Shown: positions 11,797 to 22,150, numbered from the stretch's first letter. The stretch is 64,000 bases of DNA from Dehalococcoidia bacterium (GCA_963667465.2 CAXXDN010000002.1:576001-640000), one strand, 5' to 3'. Notes: generated from the letters alone by a model not told the origin. Numbers and translations are program-made.

Positions 11797-14700
11797 GTGT
11801 GCAACCATCGTCCTTCACGCTTTCATCCCCGCCGTCCTTTCTCGTACCCTTCTCGTTCTCGTACCCTTCTCGTTCCTTGCTCTTGTCTTCTGCTTGGGGA
11901 TGAATTGCCTGGCAGGAGGGCGACTGGTGTTCGCGTGCTAGCGGCTGGTACCGTTGGTCGATCATCTGGATCATCCCCCGTGGTGACCCTGGTTGTCGCG
12001 CTGGGCGCGCTGGTGGCGATCGCCCTGCTCTCGTCGGGGGCCGCAGCGAGCACCCCACCGCCCGGTCCATGCGAGGACGGCTACGTGGCGCCTACGCCGA
12101 CCACCGTGTCGGTGACCAGCATGCCCATCACGGTCAACTCGACGACCGCGGACTATTTCGTGCTCTACGCCCGAGCGGGCAGCCCGCCCTACACGACCAA
12201 GGGGCTGCCGATCCTCGTCAAGCGAGGCGAAGCCGGCACGACAACCCTTGCCGACAACCTCGAACCGCTGCCCGTCACCCGCTACCGCCTCGAGAAATAC
12301 TCGGTCGCGCAGCCCGGAGACCTCGACGGCGACTGCGTTGACGACGTCACGGAGCTGTCGGACCTGGGGACATACAACCCCATCAACTCAGGGAAGAAGA
12401 TCGCCTTCAGCAATGGCGTGGTGTCCATTGACTCGCGCGAGACGTTCCGCGATCTGTCCTTCAAGGGGGATACGGGCGTCAGAGGCCTGGAATACCTTGA
12501 TGGGCTGGAGTTCGTCAAGTTCGCCATTCGGGATTTCCACTCCGTCACCCCGGCCACATACTTCATCAATTCAAACACTCACAAGGTCCACGCCAACTTC
12601 GACGCAGCCATCGGGATCTCTGTCAGCAAGCCTACAGACATTGGTAACGGCACTATCGTCTATTACCCAAACATAGTCGCACTGGACGGGTCACTCGGAG
12701 TGTATGCCTTCCGCTTTGACCGGTGGGGTATCGCGGGAATCTCAAGCATCGAGAAGTACTACGAACTGCTCGCTGCTGGTATGCCTTTCGTGTCCAATGA
12801 TAAACTCTATTATCACCCGTTCACAAAGAGTCAAGTGGACCTGTACGCAAAGGAAAAGGCTCAGTACGACAGCTCCCGGGTCAACGTCCTGTTGGATGAA
12901 GACGTACTCCCGGATGTGTCCTTTATCCCGCACAACCAGGGGCAAGGGTACGGACGCCTGCGGCTGATGGAGGACGATGAGCGGCCCAGCCCCTTCGACG
13001 TCGCTATCTACAAGTCCCTGCCCAACGACCTCCCTCGCGTGGCCGGAACCATCACCACCGTGCCGCAAACGCCACTGTCCCATGTCAACTTGCGCGCCAT
13101 CCAGAACGGCCTCCCCAATGCGTTCATTCGCGATGTGCTGGAGGACAGCACCATCAAGTCGCTGATCGGCAGCTATGTCTACTTTGCCGTCGGCGCCGAC
13201 GGCTACACGATCCGCGCGGCGTCCAAGGCAGATGTCGACGCGCATTTCGCAGCGATCCGCCCGCAGCAAACCCAGACCCTCCAGCGCGACTTGACGGTCA
13301 CCTCGATCGCCTCGCTGGCCAACGTGAGCTTTGCCGACTGGAACGCCTACGGCGTCAAGGCGGCCAACGTGGCCGAGTTGACCAAGCTGTCCCTGCCCAC
13401 CGGCACCACCCCCGTAGGGTACGCCGTGCCCTTCTACTTCTACGACGAGTTCATGAAGCAGGCGACGCTCGGCAAGGCAACGATCCTCGGCAAGAAGAAG
13501 GCTCCGGCTGCGGAGAAGATCACCCTCACGGCCGAAACAACGCTCGCCCAGGCGGTCACCGCGATGCTGGCCCACTCGTACTTCCAGTCGGATGCCGAGA
13601 TCCAGGAAGAGATGCTGGACGACCTGCGCAAGGCGATCAAGAACGCGACGTCGCCGCAATGGATCATCACCGCGCTGACAACGCTGCACGCCAACTACCC
13701 CGATGGCCAGTCCCTGCGCTACCGATCCAGCACCAACAACGAGGACCTGCCATCCTTCAACGGGGCCGGCCTCTACGACTCCAAGACACAGGACCCGGAC
13801 GAGACCACCGCAGATGGCATCGACAAATCCATCAAGGCGGTGTGGGCCAGCCTCTGGAACTACCGGGCCTTCCTCGAGCGGGACTTCCATCGAGTGGACC
13901 ACAGCACCGTCGCGATGGGCGTGCTGGTGCACCCGAACTACTCAGACGAACTGGTCAACGGCGTCGCCGTCAGCTATGACCCGATCACCTTCCAGGCCAA
14001 CACCCACTACATCAACTCGCAGGTCGGCGAAGACCTGGTCACCAATCCGGAGGCGTACTCCCAGCCCGAGCAGTTGCTGCTGGCAGCCGGTGGAGCCGCG
14101 ACGGTGCTGTCACGCTCCAGCCTGGCGAAGTCAGATAAGCTGCTGATGAGCGCTGCCCAGATGACGCAACTGCGCAGTAACCTCGACACTATTCACACTC
14201 GGTTCCGGACGCTCTACCAGGTGCAGGATGGCGATGACTTCGCCATCGAGATTGAGTTCAAGATCACGGCGGCCAACACGCTCGCCATCAAGCAGGCGCG
14301 TCCGTGGATCTTCCCGGAGCCGCTTGTGCTGCCGGATCCGGAGGTCTCTATCGCCCTCGGTGCGGCTCAGGTCGCCGAGGACGATGAGCTGGATCTCACC
14401 GTGACTCGCAGCGGCGGCATCCTGTCGACCCCGGTACTGGTTGACCTGGCCTGGAGCGAGACCGGGGCGATGCTGCAGAGCAGCAAGCCCGCCTCCGTGA
14501 CGATCCCGGGCAACCAGACGAGCGCCACCGTCGCCGTGCCGATCGCCGACGACCAGAACGACGAACACGACAGCGTCGTGACTGTCAGCGTCAGCGCCAG
14601 GAGCGGCTACACCGTCGGGACCTCGGGCTCAGCCTCCGCCACCATCACCGACAACGATCAAACGAAGATCAGGGTGCACGCCGATGCCGGCAAGGTCACC

Positions 14701-17700
14701 GAGGGATCGTCGGTCGGCTTCACGTTCACGCGCTCCGGCACTGTTCTGGAGCAACCACTCACGGTGAGCGTCACGGTCACCGAGTCGGGCAGCCGGCTCC
14801 AGGGCGCCGCGCCGACCACGGTCACCTTCGCAGCCAACAGCCCTTCCGCGACCATGTCACTCCCGACCCTCAATGATTCGGTCCGCACAGACCAGAGCGT
14901 CGTGAAGGTCCAGATCGGCGCCGGCAGCGATTACGACGTCCATGGGACGGGGAAAGCCTCCACCACCATCGAGGACGACGAACTCCCGCCACCCACGCTG
15001 CTGATTGACTTCAACCACGCAGTGGCAGAGCGAGAGACCTACATACTGCCAATCAACGCCCGTGGTGCCAGGGGCAACTTGAGCATGTCCGTGAGCGGGC
15101 CTGATGCTCGTCACTTCAAGGACTACACTTTTGCGCGCATGATTGTGATGGATGCACCGCAGTACGACGATCCCATCGACGCGAACAAGGATGGCGTGTA
15201 CGAGATCGATCTCACCGCATCGTCCAGCCTCGGTGGAACCATCACGGCACGCCTGCGGTTCACGGTGGTCAACGGCGAGTTGCGCGCCCTCGCGCAACAG
15301 CAGTGGGATCAGCTCAGCCAGGAGGAGCGCGCAACGCTTCTGCCGGAGGTGGGTAGCGACCAGCTCGAGCCGGCATTCGCGAGTCTCACCGACGACGTGC
15401 GGGCCAGCGTGCTGCGGCTCTCCCGCCAGCAGCAACTCCCCTCCCCCGGCCCCACGATCAGCATCGCCGCAGGCAGCGACGTCATCGAGGGCAGCGACGC
15501 GACGTTCACCATCACCGCCACTCCCCCGCCCGCGGCTCCCCTGTCGGTCAGCGTCACGGTGTCCCAGAGCGGCGAGTTCGCCGCATCCACCGTCCAGCAG
15601 ACTGTGACCATCCCGACCGGTGGGAGCTACACGCTCACTGTCCCCACCATCGGCGACAACACCGACGAGCCCGACGGCTCCGTCACCGCAACCGTGGACC
15701 AGGGCACCGGTTACGTCGTCTCGTGGACGGCGGGCGCGGCAACCGTGGCGGTGTCCGATGATGACGACCCATCGGCCACGCAACCCGAGATCAGCATCGC
15801 CGCAGGCAGCGACGTCACCGAGGGCAGCGCCGCCACGTTCACCATCACCGCGTCCCCGACGCCCGCAGCCGAGCTCGATGTGACGATCGAGGTGTCCCAG
15901 AGCGGCGACTACGCCGCGACCGGTTCGCAGACGGTGACGATCCCCACCTCCGGCACCTACACGCTCACCGTCGCTACCACCAACGACAGCGCCGACGAGC
16001 CCGATGGCTCGGTGACCGCGACGGTGAGCGACGGCACCGGCTACACCGTCTCGTCATCGAACGGCGCCGCGACGGTGGCCGTGGCTGACGACGACGTGCC
16101 AGAGATCAGCATCGCCGCAGGCAGTGGCGTCACCGAAGGCAGCGCCGCCACGTTCACCATCACCGCGTCCCCGCCGCCCACCGCCGGCCTCGATGTCAGC
16201 GTCACCATCTCGCAGAGCGGCGACTACGCCGCGACCGGTTCGCAGACGGTGACGATCCCCACCTCCGGCACCTACACGCTCACCGTCGCTACCACCAACG
16301 ACAGCGCCGACGAGCCTGACGGCTCTGTGACCGCGACGGTGAGCGACGGCACCGGCTACACCGTCTCGACCTCGAACGGCGCCGCGACGGTGGCCGTGGC
16401 TGACGACGATGATCCGCTGCCGGCCACCCCGGAGATCAGCATCGCCGCAGGCAGCGGCGTCACCGAAGGCAGCGCCGCCACGTTCACCATCACCGCGTCC
16501 CCGCCGCCCACCGCCGACCTCGACGTGACGATCGAGGTGACGCAGAGCGGCGACTACGCCTCGACAGGCTCGCAGACGGTGACGATCCCGACCTCCGGCA
16601 CCTACACGCTCACCGTTGCCACCACCAACGACAGTGCTGACGAGCCCGACGGCTCGGTGACCGCGACGGTCGACACGGGGACCGGCTACACCGTCTCGAC
16701 CTCGAGCCGCGCGGCGACGGTGGCCGTCTCCGACGACGACGACCCGCCGCCGGCCACACCTGAGATCGGCATCGCCGCAGGCTCCGGCGTCACCGAGGGC
16801 TCAGACGCGACGTTCACCATCACCGCCACGCCTCCACCAGCGACTGACCTCGATGTGACCGTCACCGTCTCGCAGAGCGGCGACTACGCCTCGACAGGCT
16901 CGCAGACGGTGACGATCCCCACCTCCGGCACCTACACGCTCACCGTTGCCACCACCAACGACAGCGCCGACGAGCCCGATGGCTCGGTGACCGCGACGGT
17001 GAGCGACGGCACCGGCTACACCATCTCGTCCTCGAACGGCGCCGCAACGGTGGCCGTCGCCGACGACGATCCGACTCCGACCCCTGATTGCACCCTGCCC
17101 GATGACGCCATCACCGTGGCCGAGGTGACCGGCTGGCGGGACGAGTACAGCGCAGCTACGCATCAATCACGCTGGAACCGGGTGCTGGAGGCGCTGGGTG
17201 AGGACACTGGCAGCGGCGAGTCGCCAATGACCGCAGCGCAGGCCCGGGACATCAAGAGCCAGATCGACAACTCCAGGTGGGACCGTACCGTGCGCACCCT
17301 GGAGGCTATGGACCAGTGCGATGCGCCGCCGGCCACGCCAGAGATCAGCATCGCCGCCGGCAGCGGCGTCACGGAGGGCGGCGACGCCACGTTCACCGTC
17401 ACCGCCACCCCAGCCCCCGCGGCCGGCCTCGACGTGACGATCGACGTGTCACAGAGCGGCAGCTTCGCCTCGACAGGCTCGCGCACGGTCACCATCTCGA
17501 CGACGGGTAGCGCCACGTTCACTGTCGCCACCACCAACGACAGCACCGACGAACCTGACGGCTCGGTGACCGCGACGATCGACACGGGCACCGGCTACAC
17601 CGTCTCGACCTCGAACGGCGCTGCGACCGTCGCCGTGGCCGACGACGACGACCCGCCGCCGGCCACCCCGGAGGTCAGCATCGCCGCAGGCTCAGGCGTC

Positions 17701-19524
17701 ACCGAGGGCGGCGCCGCCACGTTCACCATCACCGCGTCCCCGGCGCCCACCGCCGACCTCGACGTGACGATCGAGGTGTCGCAGAGCGGCAACTACGCCT
17801 CGACGGGTTCGCAGACGGTGACGATCCCGACCTCCGGTACCTACACGCTCACCGTCGCCACCACCAACGACAGCACCGACGAGCCTGACGGCTCTGTCAC
17901 CGCCACGGTGAGCGACGGCACCGGCTACACCGTCTCGACCTCGAACGGTGCGGCGACGGTGGCCGTGAGCGATGACGATGCGAGCGGCCAGGGACAGGTG
18001 CGGTCCCGGGAGATCATCGATGCGTGCGTCTCCGACAGCCTGCTGCAGTTGGTGCGCCGCTACTACGATGCCAACAAGCACCGGCCGCCAAACAACGGCC
18101 GCAACTGGAAGCGTGTGCTGATCGCGTTCGCCGACGTGGAGGACTCGCAGCTCACGCCATACACAGCGACCGAGGCCCTCGCCGGCGAGCAGCAGTGGTT
18201 TGGCTGGAAGCCGGTTCGAGAGGCGTTGGAATGCATCGAGGAGGCCCCAGCCCCGCCGCCGCCGGCCACCCCGGAGATCAGCATCGCCGCAGGCAGCGGC
18301 GTCACCGAGGGCTCAGACGCGACGTTCACCATCACCGCCACCCCAGCCCCCGCGGCTGGCCTCGACGTGACGATCGAGGTGACGCAGAGCGGCAACTTCG
18401 CCTCGACGGGGTCGCGCACCGTGACCATCACAACCAGCGGCAGCGCCACCTTCACCGTCGCCACCACCAACGACAGCGCCGACGAGCCCGACGGCTCGGT
18501 CACCGCGACGATCGACACGGGCACCGGCTACACCGTCTCGTCCTCGAACGGCGCCGCGACGGTGGCCGTCTCCGACGACGATGATCCGCCGCCGGCCACG
18601 CCGGAGATCAGCATCGCCGCAGGAAGCGGCATCACCGAGGGCGGCGCCGCCACGTTCACCATCACCGCGTCCCCGCCACCCGCGGCCAACCTCGACGTGA
18701 CGATCGAGGTGTCCCAGAGCGGCGACTACGCCTCGACAGGCTCGCGCACGGTCACCATCGCGACGACGGGCAGCGCCACCTTCACCGTCGCCACCACCAA
18801 CGACAGCGCCGACGAGCCCGACGGCTCGGTCACCGCCACGGTGAGTACGGGCACCGGCTACACCGTCTCGTCATCGAACGGCGCTGCGACGGTGGCCGTC
18901 TCCGACGACGATGATCCGCCGCCGGCCACGCCGGAGATCAGCATCGCCGCAGGAAGCGGCATCACCGAGGGCGGCGCCGCCACGTTCACCATCACCGCGT
19001 CCCCGCCGCCCGCTGCCAACCTCGACGTGACGATCGAGGTGACGCAGAGCGGCAACTTCGCCTCGACCGGCTCGCGCACGGTCACCATCTCGACGACGGG
19101 CAGCGCCACGTTCACCGTCGCCACCACCAACGACAGCGCCGACGAGCCCGACGGCTCGGTGACCGCGACGGTCGACACAGGCGCCGGCTACACCGTCTCG
19201 TCCTCGAACGGCGCGGCGACGGTGGCCGTGGCCGACGACGACGACCCGCCGCCGCCGCCGCCGTCGCGCCGTCGACCCGCCGCCGCCGCCGCCGTCGCGC
19301 CGTCCGCCGACAGTGCACGTGAGCGATGCGTCCGCCAGCGAGGGCTCGGAAGGCCTGCGCTTCGTGGTCACGCTCTCGCACGCGCATTCGCAGACCATCA
19401 CCTTCCGCTACGGCGGGTTCGACAGAACGGCCGCTGCGGGCCAGGACTTCACCCTCGAGTACAAGGCGTTCACCCTCGCTGCTGGCGCTACCAGCCTCGA
19501 GATCGTCGTGCCGGTCATCGATGA
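11797..19524 (+). CDS. Giant secreted protein: PPDK-N (PEP/pyruvate-binding, ATP-grasp-like) domain plus ~12 Calx-beta-like repeats; frameshifted near 19.27 kb; true start probably ~11935-11980
   Basis: Signal-like VVTLVVALGALVAIALLSSGAAA; GVKAAN, RSSTNNED..FNGAGLYDS, KAVWASLW, EIEFKI..KQARP; repeats ISIAAG..VTEG..ATFTITA...NDSADEPDGSVTATV..GTGYTV...ATVAVSDDD. Confidence 0.88.
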   Translation: MCNHRPSRFHPRRPFSYPSRSRTLLVPCSCLLLGDELPGRRATGVRVLAAGTVGRSSGSSPVVTLVVALGALVAIALLSSGAAASTPPPGPCEDGYVAPTPTTVSVTSMPITVNSTTADYFVLYARAGSPPYTTKGLPILVKRGEAGTTTLADNLEPLPVTRYRLEKYSVAQPGDLDGDCVDDVTELSDLGTYNPINSGKKIAFSNGVVSIDSRETFRDLSFKGDTGVRGLEYLDGLEFVKFAIRDFHSVTPATYFINSNTHKVHANFDAAIGISVSKPTDIGNGTIVYYPNIVALDGSLGVYAFRFDRWGIAGISSIEKYYELLAAGMPFVSNDKLYYHPFTKSQVDLYAKEKAQYDSSRVNVLLDEDVLPDVSFIPHNQGQGYGRLRLMEDDERPSPFDVAIYKSLPNDLPRVAGTITTVPQTPLSHVNLRAIQNGLPNAFIRDVLEDSTIKSLIGSYVYFAVGADGYTIRAASKADVDAHFAAIRPQQTQTLQRDLTVTSIASLANVSFADWNAYGVKAANVAELTKLSLPTGTTPVGYAVPFYFYDEFMKQATLGKATILGKKKAPAAEKITLTAETTLAQAVTAMLAHSYFQSDAEIQEEMLDDLRKAIKNATSPQWIITALTTLHANYPDGQSLRYRSSTNNEDLPSFNGAGLYDSKTQDPDETTADGIDKSIKAVWASLWNYRAFLERDFHRVDHSTVAMGVLVHPNYSDELVNGVAVSYDPITFQANTHYINSQVGEDLVTNPEAYSQPEQLLLAAGGAATVLSRSSLAKSDKLLMSAAQMTQLRSNLDTIHTRFRTLYQVQDGDDFAIEIEFKITAANTLAIKQARPWIFPEPLVLPDPEVSIALGAAQVAEDDELDLTVTRSGGILSTPVLVDLAWSETGAMLQSSKPASVTIPGNQTSATVAVPIADDQNDEHDSVVTVSVSARSGYTVGTSGSASATITDNDQTKIRVHADAGKVTEGSSVGFTFTRSGTVLEQPLTVSVTVTESGSRLQGAAPTTVTFAANSPSATMSLPTLNDSVRTDQSVVKVQIGAGSDYDVHGTGKASTTIEDDELPPPTLLIDFNHAVAERETYILPINARGARGNLSMSVSGPDARHFKDYTFARMIVMDAPQYDDPIDANKDGVYEIDLTASSSLGGTITARLRFTVVNGELRALAQQQWDQLSQEERATLLPEVGSDQLEPAFASLTDDVRASVLRLSRQQQLPSPGPTISIAAGSDVIEGSDATFTITATPPPAAPLSVSVTVSQSGEFAASTVQQTVTIPTGGSYTLTVPTIGDNTDEPDGSVTATVDQGTGYVVSWTAGAATVAVSDDDDPSATQPEISIAAGSDVTEGSAATFTITASPTPAAELDVTIEVSQSGDYAATGSQTVTIPTSGTYTLTVATTNDSADEPDGSVTATVSDGTGYTVSSSNGAATVAVADDDVPEISIAAGSGVTEGSAATFTITASPPPTAGLDVSVTISQSGDYAATGSQTVTIPTSGTYTLTVATTNDSADEPDGSVTATVSDGTGYTVSTSNGAATVAVADDDDPLPATPEISIAAGSGVTEGSAATFTITASPPPTADLDVTIEVTQSGDYASTGSQTVTIPTSGTYTLTVATTNDSADEPDGSVTATVDTGTGYTVSTSSRAATVAVSDDDDPPPATPEIGIAAGSGVTEGSDATFTITATPPPATDLDVTVTVSQSGDYASTGSQTVTIPTSGTYTLTVATTNDSADEPDGSVTATVSDGTGYTISSSNGAATVAVADDDPTPTPDCTLPDDAITVAEVTGWRDEYSAATHQSRWNRVLEALGEDTGSGESPMTAAQARDIKSQIDNSRWDRTVRTLEAMDQCDAPPATPEISIAAGSGVTEGGDATFTVTATPAPAAGLDVTIDVSQSGSFASTGSRTVTISTTGSATFTVATTNDSTDEPDGSVTATIDTGTGYTVSTSNGAATVAVADDDDPPPATPEVSIAAGSGVTEGGAATFTITASPAPTADLDVTIEVSQSGNYASTGSQTVTIPTSGTYTLTVATTNDSTDEPDGSVTATVSDGTGYTVSTSNGAATVAVSDDDASGQGQVRSREIIDACVSDSLLQLVRRYYDANKHRPPNNGRNWKRVLIAFADVEDSQLTPYTATEALAGEQQWFGWKPVREALECIEEAPAPPPPATPEISIAAGSGVTEGSDATFTITATPAPAAGLDVTIEVTQSGNFASTGSRTVTITTSGSATFTVATTNDSADEPDGSVTATIDTGTGYTVSSSNGAATVAVSDDDDPPPATPEISIAAGSGITEGGAATFTITASPPPAANLDVTIEVSQSGDYASTGSRTVTIATTGSATFTVATTNDSADEPDGSVTATVSTGTGYTVSSSNGAATVAVSDDDDPPPATPEISIAAGSGITEGGAATFTITASPPPAANLDVTIEVTQSGNFASTGSRTVTISTTGSATFTVATTNDSADEPDGSVTATVDTGAGYTVSSSNGAATVAVADDDDPPPPPPSRRRPAAAAAVAPSADSARERCVRQRGLGRPALRGHALARAFADHHLPLRRVRQNGRCGPGLHPRVQGVHPRCWRYQPRDRRAGHR
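11839..11872. repeat. 17-bp tandem duplication TTCTCGTACCCTTCTCG x2
   Basis: Seen directly, upstream of the likely true start of the giant gene. Confidence 0.8.
15450..19245 (+). repeat. Ten near-identical ~315-330-bp intragenic repeats encoding Calx-beta-like domains
   Basis: Recurring atcagcatcgccgcaggc...gacgagcccgacggctcggtgaccgcgacg...ggctacaccgtctcg, interrupted by two unique inserts. Confidence 0.92.
19243..19304 (+). repeat. Exact 31-bp tandem duplication causing a frameshift
   Basis: gacccgccgccgccgccgccgtcgcgccgtc at 19243-19273 and 19274-19304. Confidence 0.92.
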
Positions 19525-19636
19525 CAGCACCGTGGAGGGGGATGAGACGCTCAACGTGTACGTATACGCGACGAGCGGCATCACCATCCCCGGCTACTTC
19601 GTCTACGCCGACGGGACCATCACCGACGACGACTGA
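19313..19636 (+). CDS. Terminal Calx-beta domain, the out-of-frame C-terminus of the giant protein
   Basis: VSDASASEG..LRFVVTLS...TAAAGQDF...VIDDSTVEGDET...GTITDDD; in frame with 11797 if one 31-bp copy is removed. Confidence 0.85.
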   Translation: MHVSDASASEGSEGLRFVVTLSHAHSQTITFRYGGFDRTAAAGQDFTLEYKAFTLAAGATSLEIVVPVIDDSTVEGDETLNVYVYATSGITIPGYFVYADGTITDDD

Positions 19637-19654
19637 CCGCTCACCGGCGGCAGG

Positions 19655-20019
19655 GCACGGGTTACACCGTCTCATCGAGCTCGAGCGCGGCGACGGTTGC
19701 CGTGTCGGACGATGCTGTGCCCGAACTGAGCATCGCCTCCGACGGCGATGTCACCGCAGGCGCCGCCGCCAGCGTCACCGTCACCGCCGGCCCGACGCCG
19801 CATTCCGCGCTGATCGTGAGCGTCACGGTGTCCGCAGCGGGAGCCTTTGGCGTCAGCGCCAGCTCGCAGAGCGTCACCATCCCGACGAATGGCTCCAAAG
19901 CCTTCGCGGTCAGCACGACCGGCGACGCGACCGACGAGCCCGACGGCTCGGTCACCGCGACGCTCGGCACGGCTGAGTCCCGGCCCATGACCACGCCGAG
20001 GCAACCACGCTCGGTGTAG
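19655..20019 (+). pseudogene. Orphan Calx-beta-like repeat fragment fused to the leader of the downstream array unit
   Basis: GTGYTVSSSSSAATVAVSDD...DEPDGSVTATLG followed by TPRQPRSV*; no signal peptide or convincing start. Confidence 0.7.
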
Positions 20020-20082
20020 ATTGATGGGAAGCACAGAGCGGACAGGCAGCATGCGAGCAATGCCCTGACGCACCTGCGAACG

Positions 20083-20928
20083 ATGGCGAGGCGGCTTGCG
20101 CTGGCGCAGCGCGCGTGGCTGCTCGCCGCGGTCAGCGTCCTCGTCTCGCTCGCCGTCGGCGGCGGCCTCTGGCTGAGCTTCGGCAGCGGCGGCGGCGCCG
20201 CTCACACCGTTGCCACGGTTGGGGAGAGCAGGCCACTCAGCCTGATCGTCGTCTCGGACGGCTCGCACGACTCGCTGCTCCTCGAATGGACCGGCGGCCC
20301 TGCGAACGCCACCAAGTGGCAATACCGGCAGCGACGCTGGGAGAACATGCAGCCGCTCGCTTGGGAGGCGTGGACGGATGTACCGGGCAGCGGCGCGGAC
20401 ACACGCAGCTACCGTCTCGGCGGACTGCGTTCCGGATCGCCGTATGACCACCAGGTGCGCGCGGTCAGTGGGTCGGTGAGCGGACCGCCGTCCCCCGTTG
20501 CCGAAACTGGTACGACGCACGAGCAGGGAGCCCTGCCGAGGGTGTTCTCCGATCAGATTGTTGAGGGAGACGGGCGCACGCGGTGGCGCATCGGCTATCT
20601 GAGCATCGCGATCACGATCCCGGACGGCGTGCGGCTCGTGGGCGGGGGTGCCTTCGTCTCTGTGCCCTGTGCGACGCCAACAGCTGCGCCGCCGGGATCG
20701 CAGGCCTCGATCCTGCCCGGATGTCCCGGGGGCGGAGCGGGGACGAGCCTCAAGGACTTCGCGACCGGCTCCATCCTGACGTTCTCGTATGAGGGCGTGG
20801 AGTTGAACCGCCACGTCGTGGAGCCGGTCACAGGTACCGGGGCGGCCGACACTCAGAGTAGTCTGGGGCGCAGCGTCCACGACCTCTTCGATCAGCTCAT
20901 CGACTCGGTCAAGGTGGTGCCGCAATAG
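20083..20928 (+). CDS. Membrane-anchored fibronectin type III domain protein, copy A1
   Basis: N-terminal TM helix; SLLLEW...WQYRQR...SYRLGGLRSGSPYDHQVRAV FN3 signature. Confidence 0.82.
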   Translation: MARRLALAQRAWLLAAVSVLVSLAVGGGLWLSFGSGGGAAHTVATVGESRPLSLIVVSDGSHDSLLLEWTGGPANATKWQYRQRRWENMQPLAWEAWTDVPGSGADTRSYRLGGLRSGSPYDHQVRAVSGSVSGPPSPVAETGTTHEQGALPRVFSDQIVEGDGRTRWRIGYLSIAITIPDGVRLVGGGAFVSVPCATPTAAPPGSQASILPGCPGGGAGTSLKDFATGSILTFSYEGVELNRHVVEPVTGTGAADTQSSLGRSVHDLFDQLIDSVKVVPQ

Positions 20929-20939
20929 CCAGGCTGCCG

Positions 20940-21248
20940 TTGATCGCTGCGCTTGGCGCCGCTACGTGCCTGGCGTTCGCCACCGTGGTGACCGTTCCCC
21001 GCGCCGCCCATGCGGATCACCCTGCCGAAGTCACGTCGCATCTCAACGTGCTCCTTCAACACACGGCTGACGGCCGCAATAGAGTCGTTCCGGCTGACCA
21101 CCCGTCTGTCGTGCTGACGGCCCGCGTGGTCGCGCGCAACCCGATCGCGCACACGGAGCCGCGTGGCGGGAAGATCAAGGTTTGCAGCGTGGCCCGCTAC
21201 ACGGGACCAGTCCAGGAGGCCACGCCGAGGCAACCACGATCGGTGTAG
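20940..21248 (+). pseudogene. Truncated secreted partner protein, copy B1
   Basis: Signal peptide ending AHA; homologous to the N-terminus of 23252-24100; breaks off at the unit junction (..QEA|TPRQPRSV*). Confidence 0.65.
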
Positions 21249-21311
21249 ATTGCTGGAAGCACAGAGTCGGGCGGGCAGCATGCGAGCAATGCCCTGACGC
21301 ACCTGCGAACG

Positions 21312-22139
21312 ATGGCGAGGCGGCTTGCGCTGGCGCGCCGGGCGTGGCTGCTCGCCGCGCTCAGCGTCGTCGTCTCGCTCGCCGTCGGCGGCGGCCTCTG
21401 GCTGAGCTTCGGCAGCGGCGGCGGCGCCGCTCACACCGTTGCCACGGTTGGGGAGAGCAGGCCACTCAGCCTGATCGTCGTCTCGGACGGCTCGCACGAC
21501 TCGTTGCTCCTCGAATGGACCGGCGGCCCTGCGAACGCCACCAAGTGGCAATACCGGCAGCGACGCTGGGAGAACATGCAGCCGCTCGCTTGGGAGGCGT
21601 GGACCGACATCCCAAGCAGCGGGGCGAGTACGTACAACTACCGGGTCGCGAGACTGCACCCCGACACCCCCTATGACTTCGAGGTACGCGCCGTTGTTGG
21701 CGCGGTCGCCGGGGGGCCGTCCGTCAACGGAATCTCGTCTCCGTTGGGGGACCACCCGGCGGGCGGCACGACTCACAAGCAGGGTGCGCTGCCGGGCGTG
21801 TATCCCCTACAGGTCGTCGAGGGCGACGGGCGCACGCGGTGGCGCATCCACTACTTGAGCATCACGATGACGATCCCCAACGATGTGCGGCTCGTGGGTG
21901 GATTCGGCTTTGTCATGACCTGTCTGCAGGATCGGCCGTGCGCCGACGGAGGAACGGACCTGACGGACCTCGCGACCGGTTCCGTCCTGACGTTCTCGGA
22001 CGAGGGCGTGGAGTTGAACCGCCACGTCGTGGAGCCGGTCACAGGTTCCGGGGCGGCCGACACTCAGAGTAGTCTGGGGCGCAGCGTCCACGACCTCTTC
22101 GATCAGCTCATCGACTCGGTCAAGGTGATGCCGCAATAG
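21312..22139 (+). CDS. Membrane-anchored FN3 domain protein, copy A2
   Basis: Nearly identical to A1 at both ends, divergent middle; YRVARLHPDTPYDFEVRAV. Confidence 0.82.
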   Translation: MARRLALARRAWLLAALSVVVSLAVGGGLWLSFGSGGGAAHTVATVGESRPLSLIVVSDGSHDSLLLEWTGGPANATKWQYRQRRWENMQPLAWEAWTDIPSSGASTYNYRVARLHPDTPYDFEVRAVVGAVAGGPSVNGISSPLGDHPAGGTTHKQGALPGVYPLQVVEGDGRTRWRIHYLSITMTIPNDVRLVGGFGFVMTCLQDRPCADGGTDLTDLATGSVLTFSDEGVELNRHVVEPVTGSGAADTQSSLGRSVHDLFDQLIDSVKVMPQ

Positions 22140-22150
22140 CCAGGCTACCG

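Noticed and set aside
11400-11800. Left att copy of the tRNA-Val 3' end or an integrase at the island's left edge
   Set aside because: No tRNA fragment or recombinase ORF recognisable by eye, so the left boundary remains undefined
15450-19245. Regular repeats as a possible CRISPR array
   Set aside because: Units are ~315-330 bp, in frame and protein-coding; no cas genes and no short repeat-spacer pattern
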